In this document: piece after piece, positions 58,329 to 64,000 of the stretch
How positions within the stretch are numbered: position 1 is the stretch's first letter
Layout: each line of letters starts with the position of its first letter
Assembly (NCBI GenBank): GCA_963844945.1
Contig: CAWJQZ010000046.1
Span: 152,000-215,999, forward strand
Reading direction: 5' to 3'
DNA: 64,000 nucleotides
DNA from: an uncultured Chloroflexia bacterium
GTDB taxonomy: Bacteria; Chloroflexota; Limnocylindria; Limnocylindrales; CSP1-4
The notes under the pieces: generated by a model
What the model saw: the letters and a program-made list of their open reading frames with translations, nothing else
The model's database searches: none
What the model was told of the DNA's origin: nothing
Translations under genes and position numbers: made by a program

Positions 58329-59243
58329 ATGGCAGACGAGCCCGCCGGCGGCGCCATCGGCGCGCCGTCGGCGGGGGCCGACTCCACGCTCCGGCGGCGG
58401 GCGGGACGGGCGCTCCCGTTCCTGCCCGGGTTCGGCATGCTCTTCGCCCTCTTCGTCATCCCGATGGCGTTCATGTTCGTCTTCAGCCTGTGGCGGACGA
58501 ACCCGGACTTCGACCTGGTCCCGGACTGGAACCTCAACAACTACCTCAAGTTCTTCACGGTCCCCACGTACTGGCGGACCTTCCTCAAGACCCTGATCAT
58601 GGCGGTCGCGGTGACGATCGTCGGCATCGGCGCAGCGCTGCCGTTCGCCTACTTCCTCGTGCGCTACCTGGGCAAGACGACGCAGAGGGTCGTGCTCCTC
58701 GCGGTGATCATCCCGTTCTGGACGAGCTATCTCCTGCGCGTGTACGCGTGGCAGGCGATCCTCGGCGAGCACGGTGCGATCAACCAGGTGCTCGGCGTCC
58801 TGGGGGTCCCCGGCATCTCGGGCCTGTTCGCGTACAACGACCTGGGCGTCTTCATCGTCCTGGTCTACGTCTACTTCCCGTTCGCCGCGCTCGCGCTGTA
58901 CGCGGCGCTCGAGCGGTTCGACTTCAACCAGCTCTACGCGGCGCAGGACCTCGGCGCGCGCTTCGACCAGGCGTTCCGCCACATCCTGCTGCCGCAGATC
59001 CGGCCCGGGATCATCACGGCCTGCATCTTCGTGTTCATCCCGATCCTGGGCGAGTTCCTCACGCCGACCCTCGTCGGCGGCGCCCAGAGCAGCCTCATCG
59101 CGAACCTGATCGTCAACTACTTCCGGGGCGCGCAGCTCGCCGAGGGCGCGGCCCTCGCGATCATCGTCGCGGTGTTCGTCACGGTCCTCCTGGTCATCTT
59201 CCGGAAGTACCTGCGGATCGAGGACGTGGTGGCCCGTGGCTAG
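58329..59243 (+). CDS. ABC transporter permease (PotB-like)
   Basis: Intact track ORF, 6 predicted TM segments, EAA-like loop AAQDLGARFDQAFRHILLPQIRPG. Confidence 0.85.
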   Translation: MADEPAGGAIGAPSAGADSTLRRRAGRALPFLPGFGMLFALFVIPMAFMFVFSLWRTNPDFDLVPDWNLNNYLKFFTVPTYWRTFLKTLIMAVAVTIVGIGAALPFAYFLVRYLGKTTQRVVLLAVIIPFWTSYLLRVYAWQAILGEHGAINQVLGVLGVPGISGLFAYNDLGVFIVLVYVYFPFAALALYAALERFDFNQLYAAQDLGARFDQAFRHILLPQIRPGIITACIFVFIPILGEFLTPTLVGGAQSSLIANLIVNYFRGAQLAEGAALAIIVAVFVTVLLVIFRKYLRIEDVVARG

Positions 59244-60084
59244 GCGCGTGGATCCGGCGGAGACGATGCCCGTCAGCCCGTTCGCGCGGCAGACGCGATG
59301 GGCGCTCAACGGCTGGGCGATCGCGATCCTCGTCTTCCTCTACCTGCCGATCGCGTTCCTCGTGCTCTTCTCGTTCGAGACGTCGCCGACGCCCGGGCTG
59401 CCGATCACCGGGCTCACCCTGCGGTGGTACGGGGAGATGCTCGGCGACAGCAAGATCCAGACCGCCGTCCTCAACTCGGTCCTCGTCGCGGTCATCGTGG
59501 CGCTCCTCGCGACGCTCATCGGCACGATCACGGCGTTCGCCATCACGCGGGGCGGCTTCCGGTGGGCGGGCGGCGCCCGGCTCGCCTTCACGCTCCCGAT
59601 GATGATCCCCGGGGTCCTCCTCGGGATCGGGCTCCTGATCACGTTCCGGCGGGTCGCGGACCTCAACCTCTCCCTCGCGACCGTGATCGCGGGGCACCTC
59701 GTCTTCACCACGCCGTTCGTCGTCCTCATCGTCGCGGCGCGGCTCCAGGGGTTCGACCGGCGCCTCGAGTGGGCCGCCGCGGACCTCGGCGCGGACAACC
59801 GCGCGACCCTGCGGCACATCGTCCTGCCGCTCATCGCGCCCGCGATCCTGGCCGGCTTCCTCATGAGCATCACGCTGTCGATCGACGAGTTCGTCATCAC
59901 CTACTTCACCGTGGGCCCCCAGATGACGCTCCCGATCTTCATCTACACGCAGATCAAGTTCGGCGTCACGCCGGAGGTCAACGCCGTCGCGACGGTGATC
60001 CTCGTCGTCACCATCGCCGGGTTCGCGCTCGGCTCGTTGGCACTCGCGGGAGGCCGGAGCGTCTTCCGCCGAGCCAGAACCTGA
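59236..60084 (+). CDS. ABC transporter permease (PotC-like)
   Basis: Intact track ORF overlapping the previous gene by 8 nt. EAA-like loop AAADLGADNRATLRHIVLPLIAPA. Confidence 0.85.
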   Translation: MARRVDPAETMPVSPFARQTRWALNGWAIAILVFLYLPIAFLVLFSFETSPTPGLPITGLTLRWYGEMLGDSKIQTAVLNSVLVAVIVALLATLIGTITAFAITRGGFRWAGGARLAFTLPMMIPGVLLGIGLLITFRRVADLNLSLATVIAGHLVFTTPFVVLIVAARLQGFDRRLEWAAADLGADNRATLRHIVLPLIAPAILAGFLMSITLSIDEFVITYFTVGPQMTLPIFIYTQIKFGVTPEVNAVATVILVVTIAGFALGSLALAGGRSVFRRART

Positions 60085-60189
60085 TACGCGCGACGGCCCT
60101 CCCGCGTCGGTGACGCGGCGTCGGTCGCAGCGCTTCCACGAGGTCCCCACGGGGCGCGAGCGCGCCCGTGAGAGGTAAGGAGAACGCCC

Positions 60190-61430
60190 ATGCCCGGTCC
60201 CGGCATCGAGCTCATCGGCGAGGAAGAGATCGCCGAGGTCATGGAAGTGATGAACAGCGGCTTCCTGAGCCGCTACGGACCGTCGAACGACCCTGCGCTT
60301 CCTCGCGAAGACGCACCGCCTCGAGGAGGAGGTCGCCGCGATGACGGGCGTGCGCCACGCGCTGGCCCTCAGCGGCGGCGGCTCCGCGGCGCTCTGGATC
60401 GCGCTCCTCTCGCTCGGCGTGGGCGCCGGCGACGAGGTCATCGTCCCCGGGTTCACGTTCGTCGCGTCGATCTCGTCGATCGTCTACACGGGCGCGACGC
60501 CGGTCCTGGCCGAGGTGGACGACACGTTCGACCTGGACCCCGCCGACGTCGAGGCGAAGATCACGCCGCGCACCAAGGCGATCATCGTCGTGCACATGCT
60601 CGGCGCCCCCGCGCAGATGGACGCCATCAAGGCCGTCGCCGACCGGCACGGGATCCCGATCGTCGAGGACTGCTGCCAGGCGTTCGGTGGGACGTACAAG
60701 GGCCGCGGGCGTCGGCAGCATCGGCGCGATCGGCGCGTTCAGCTTCAACGAGTACAAGACGATCACGTGCGGCGACGGCGGCATGATCGTCACGGACGAC
60801 GACGAGCTGTACGAGCGTGCCTTCGCGATGCACGACCAGGGCCACGCGCCCTTCCGGCTCGAGTCCCGCTACGCGCCCCGCCCGTTCCTGGGCATGAACT
60901 TCCGGATGACCGAGCTCCCCTCCGCGGTCCTCCTCGGCCAGCTCAGGAAGATGGACCGGATCCTCACCCACCTCCGCGCGAACAAGGCGATCGTCCGCGA
61001 CATGCTCGAGGAGGTGCCGGCGATCGAGTACCGCCGGATCGACGACCCGGACGGCGAGATCGCGACGCACCTCGTCACGACCCTCCCCACGGCGGAGATC
61101 GCGAGCGCGGTCGCGGCCGAGGTCGGGGCGATCACGCTCGACCAGTCGGGGTGGCACGTCTACAGCAAGATGAACCACCTGATCGAGCAGCGGACCGTGA
61201 CCGGCAAGGGCTACCCGTTCGACATGCCCGCCGACGACCACCCGGTGCCGGACTACCATCCGGGCGCGCTCCCGCGGACCGACGAGCTCCTCTCGCGCTC
61301 GATCAGCATCGGGATCGGGATCCGCGACCCCAACCTCGCCGCATTCGGGATCCGGATGAGCGACGGCGAGGCCGAGGCGCGGGCGTGCGCCGCGACCTTC
61401 CGCGACGCGGTCATCCGCAACCTCCGATGA
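60190..61430 (+). CDS. DegT/DnrJ/EryC1/StrS-family PLP aminotransferase; 2 apparent frameshifts
   Basis: AAGGAGA RBS before ATG 60190. Pieces in track ORFs 60190..60786, 60341..62113 (ALSGGGSAALWIALLSLGVGAGDEVIVPGFTFVASISSIVYTGATPVLAEVD...HMLGAPAQMDAI) and 60687..61430 (GAFSFNEYKTITCGDGGMIVTDD, PLP-Lys context). Shifts near 60297 and 60708. Confidence 0.8.
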
Positions 61431-62306
61431 CCCGCGGACAGCGCGATCGGGCGGCGGCGATGAGCGCGGAGTCGCACCGCCTCCTTCGCCGGGCGGCGGG
61501 GCCGGACGCGGACGGATGCGTCTGCGCGATCGACCCCGCCGGCGCCGGCTGGGAGTACGTGACGTTCCACGTCTACCGGCTGCGGCCCGGCCAGGCGCGT
61601 CGACCGCCCGGCGGACGACCAGGAGCGGCTCGTGCTGCCGCTCGAGGGCTACGCGCGGATCCGCGCGGGCGACAGGGACCTCGGCGTCGTCGGCTCGCGC
61701 GCGTCCGTGTTCGAGCCGGTCCCCGCGCCGGTCGTCCTCGTCGAGCCCGGGCTCCCGGTCTCGATCGCGGCGGAGACGGACGCGCTCGTGGCGATCGCCG
61801 CCGCCCCGGGCGGCCCGGTGCGGCGGACGGCGCTCATCCCGCCGGAGGCGATCCTCGTGGAGGACCGCGGCGAGGGGGCGACGGCGCGGCGCATCCACCA
61901 CCTGCTGCCGCCGGGCGGCGACGTCGCGGGGCGGCTCATCGCGTTCGAGGCGTACACGCCGGGCGGCAACTGGTCCAGCTACCCGCCCCACAAGCACGAC
62001 ACCGAGGATCCGCCGCGCGAGGCGCGCCTGGAAGAGCTGTACTACTACCGGTTCGCGAAGCCGCAGGGCTTCGCGTTCGCCCGCGTCTACTCGGCAGACC
62101 GGACGCTCGATGAGACGATGACGCCGATGGACGGCGACCTCGTGCTCGTCCCCGAGGGCTTCCATCCCGTCGGGGTCCCGGCGGGCTACGACTGCTGGTA
62201 CCTGAACGTCATGGCGGGTCCGCGTCGAGAGTGGTTCTTCACGGTGGACCCCGACCACGCGTGGCTCATGAACTGGAGCCCGGCCGCACCGAAGGCGGCC
62301 ACGTAG
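61427..62306 (+). CDS. iolB: 5-deoxy-glucuronate isomerase; 1 apparent frameshift
   Basis: ATGA overlap with the DegT stop. N-part is in the frame of ORF 60341..62113 (GAGWEYVTFHVYRLRPGQ). The rest is track ORF 61632..62306 (NWSSYPPHKHDTEDPPREARLEELYYYRF...GFHPVGVPAGYDCWYLNVMAGP). Join near 61598. Confidence 0.8.
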
Positions 62307-62370
62307 CGGAGCGCACTCCCGTCCGGCCGACGCGCCGGGCGATCGACGCGCTCCTGCAGGAGAGAGACCG

Positions 62371-63402
62371 ATGAGCGACTTCCAGCTCAGGGATCCCGGA
62401 CGGATCGGCGTCGCGGTGCTCGGCGCCGGCCGGATGGCCCAGACGCACATGCGCACGCTCGCGGCGATCGGCAACGTGGACGTGGTCGTCGTCGCGGACC
62501 CGTTCGCGGAGGCGGCCGAGAAGGGCCGGGAGATCGCCCGGGCGCGGCGCGCCTCGCTCGACCCGCTCGAGGCGATCGCCGACCCGGAGGTCGAGGTGGT
62601 CGTGATCGTCACGCCGACCTCGACGCACGCCGAGCTCATCGACGCGGCGCTCCGCGCGGGCAAGGCGGTCTGGACGGAGAAGCCGATCGCACAGGAGATC
62701 GGCGAGACGGCGCGGATCGTGGACCTGTGGCGCGAGACGGGCCTCCCGGTCGCCGTCGGGTTCATGCGCCGCTACGACCCCGGGTACGAGCGCGCGAAGC
62801 AGCTCATCGACGCGGGCGAGCTCGGGCGGATCGAGCAGTTCCACGCCTACTCGCGCGACGTGAACCCGCCGCCGCTGGAGTTCCTCCTCCACGCGGGCGG
62901 GTCGTTCCTCGACATGTCCGTCCACGACCTCGACCTCGCGCGCTTCCTCGTGGGCGAGGTGGAGGAGGTGCACGCCTGGGCGGCCACGCTGTACGACGAC
63001 CGCTTCACGCAGGCGAACGACTGGGACACGGCCGCGATCATGCTCAAGTTCCGCAACGGGGCGATGGGCGTGATCGAGACGGCCCGCCACTCCACGTGGG
63101 GCTACGACATCCGCGCCGAGGTCTGCGGCTCGCTCAACAAGGTCACGATCGACGCGGACCGGAAGACGCCGGCCACGGTCACGCACGGCGTCAACCTCCA
63201 GCACGACCTGTACGGCGACTTCTTCGACCGGTTCGAGATCGCCTACCGGCGCGAGCTCGAGGTCTTCTTCGAGGACCTGGTCGCCGGCCGGACGCCGCTG
63301 CCCGGCCCGGACGACGCCCTCGAGACGCTCCGTCTCGCGGTCGCGTGCACGCGCTCCTGGCGGGAGAACCGCCCGGTGCGCCTGGACGAGGTGACCGGCT
63401 GA
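62371..63402 (+). CDS. iolG: Gfo/Idh/MocA oxidoreductase, inositol 2-dehydrogenase-like
   Basis: Intact 343-aa track ORF. IGVAVLGAGRMAQTHMRTLAAIGNVDVVVVADP, WTEKPIAQEIGE. Assigned from context with iolB/iolD. Confidence 0.7.
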   Translation: MSDFQLRDPGRIGVAVLGAGRMAQTHMRTLAAIGNVDVVVVADPFAEAAEKGREIARARRASLDPLEAIADPEVEVVVIVTPTSTHAELIDAALRAGKAVWTEKPIAQEIGETARIVDLWRETGLPVAVGFMRRYDPGYERAKQLIDAGELGRIEQFHAYSRDVNPPPLEFLLHAGGSFLDMSVHDLDLARFLVGEVEEVHAWAATLYDDRFTQANDWDTAAIMLKFRNGAMGVIETARHSTWGYDIRAEVCGSLNKVTIDADRKTPATVTHGVNLQHDLYGDFFDRFEIAYRRELEVFFEDLVAGRTPLPGPDDALETLRLAVACTRSWRENRPVRLDEVTG

Positions 63403-63503
63403 GCGACGCGCCGGCGCGGCCTCCGCGGCGGGCGGAGCCGCCGCGGAGCGCAGGGACGTCACGACGACGCGGGCGCGGCCCGCTGACCGCTGGAGGAGAC
63501 GGG

Positions 63504-64000
63504 ATGGCGACGGTGCGACTCACCCTCGGGCAGGCGATCATCGAGTACCTCGCGCGCCAGCACGTGGAGCGCGACGGGGTCGAGCACCGGTTCTTCGCCG
63601 GGCTCTGGGGGATCTTCGGCCACGGGAACATCGGCGGGGTGGCGCAGGCGATCCAGCAGGTCGAGGCCGACTTCCCGTACTACCTCACGCGCAACGAGCA
63701 GGCGATGGTCCACGCGGCGGTCGGCTACGCGAAGCTGCGCAACCGCCTCGGCGCGTTCGCGTGCCTCACGTCGATCGGCCCGGGCGCGACGAACATGGTG
63801 ACCGGGGCGGCGTCCGCCACGATCAACCACGTCCCCGTGCTGCTCATGTCCGGCGACGCGTTCGCGGAGCGCGTCCAGAGCCCGGTCCTCCAGCAGCTCG
63901 AGTACCAGGGCTCCCAGGACACGAGCGCGAACGACGCGTTCCGCCCGGTCGTCCGCTACTGGGACCGGCTCACGCGCCCCGAGCAGGCGATCACCGTCCT
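63504..64000 (+). CDS. iolD: 3D-(3,5/4)-trihydroxycyclohexane-1,2-dione acylhydrolase (TPP enzyme), N-terminal part; runs off the window end
   Basis: Not in the ORF track. Own translation from ATG 63504 (GGAGGAG upstream): MATVRLTLGQAIIEYLARQHVERDGVEHRFFAGLWGIFGHGNIGGVAQAIQQVEADFPYYLTRNEQAMVHAAVGYAKLRNRLGAFACLTSIGPGATNMVTGAASATINHVPVLLMSGD. Confidence 0.8.
   Translation, partial: MATVRLTLGQAIIEYLARQHVERDGVEHRFFAGLWGIFGHGNIGGVAQAIQQVEADFPYYLTRNEQAMVHAAVGYAKLRNRLGAFACLTSIGPGATNMVTGAASATINHVPVLLMSGDAFAERVQSPVLQQLEYQGSQDTSANDAFRPVVRYWDRLTRPEQAITV

Noticed and set aside
620-62306. Programmed ribosomal frameshifting or transcriptional slippage as the explanation for the frame changes
   Set aside because: The sites show no shared slippery heptamer or downstream structure. 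They occur in about 26 unrelated genes, including housekeeping pgm, glnN and xylA, and sit at arbitrary codon contexts. Assembly indels, or less likely decay, explain them better.
1-64000. Mobile elements, prophage, integrase, toxin-antitoxin or defence-island genes, tRNA/rRNA genes
   Set aside because: Every spacer longer than about 80 nt was read on both strands. None contains a cloverleaf-like tRNA, terminal inverted repeats or a recombinase-like ORF. All sizeable real ORFs are metabolic, transport or regulatory.

Overview
Very GC-rich (over 70% by eye, strong G/C at third codon positions, many GTG starts, frequent ATGA/GTGA start-stop overlaps) Actinomycetota-like chromosomal segment packed with metabolic and transport operons. 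I saw no rRNA, tRNA, CRISPR array, transposase, integrase or phage gene. Gene order: (1) minus-strand operon 9588->1: Liv-type ABC transporter (livH-livM-SBP-livG-livF), a Tm-1-like pair (UPF0261 and PEP-hydrolase-like TIM barrel), a PEP-utilising swivel-domain protein and a GntR regulator; (2) cupin-transaldolase-LLM oxidoreductase and cupin-split transketolase operons, with a paralogous GntR; (3) SorC regulator with fused 2-oxoacid dehydrogenase E1 alpha/beta and E2; (4) membrane protein-acdS-comB-like-phosphatase operon; (5) xylose locus (xylAB, xylR-xylFHG); (6) Gfo oxidoreductase, vanadium-haloperoxidase/PAP2-like protein, CRTAC1/ASPIC protein, M24 peptidase-like protein; (7) hoxEFUYH-hoxW-hypA NAD-linked [NiFe] hydrogenase; (8) glutamate decarboxylase, serine hydrolase, type III glutamine synthetase, phosphoglucomutase; (9) LacI-controlled locus: Pot-like ABC transporter, DegT aminotransferase, iolB, iolG-like, iolD. 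Two caveats. About 45 single-base frame disruptions (mostly +1 insertions) break 26 of the 56 genes I call, so many genes are spread over two or more track ORFs. The ORF track also omits some true frames (1-593, about 1050-2015 minus, 63504-64000), which I translated by hand. Most of the longest track ORFs are Arg/Pro/Gly-rich shadow frames. The best candidates for undescribed biology are the Tm-1-like/PEP-utilising module with its shared ATCGATAATCGAT operator regulon, and the LacI-controlled putative aminocyclitol catabolic locus. All family assignments come from motif recognition and recall, not from searches.
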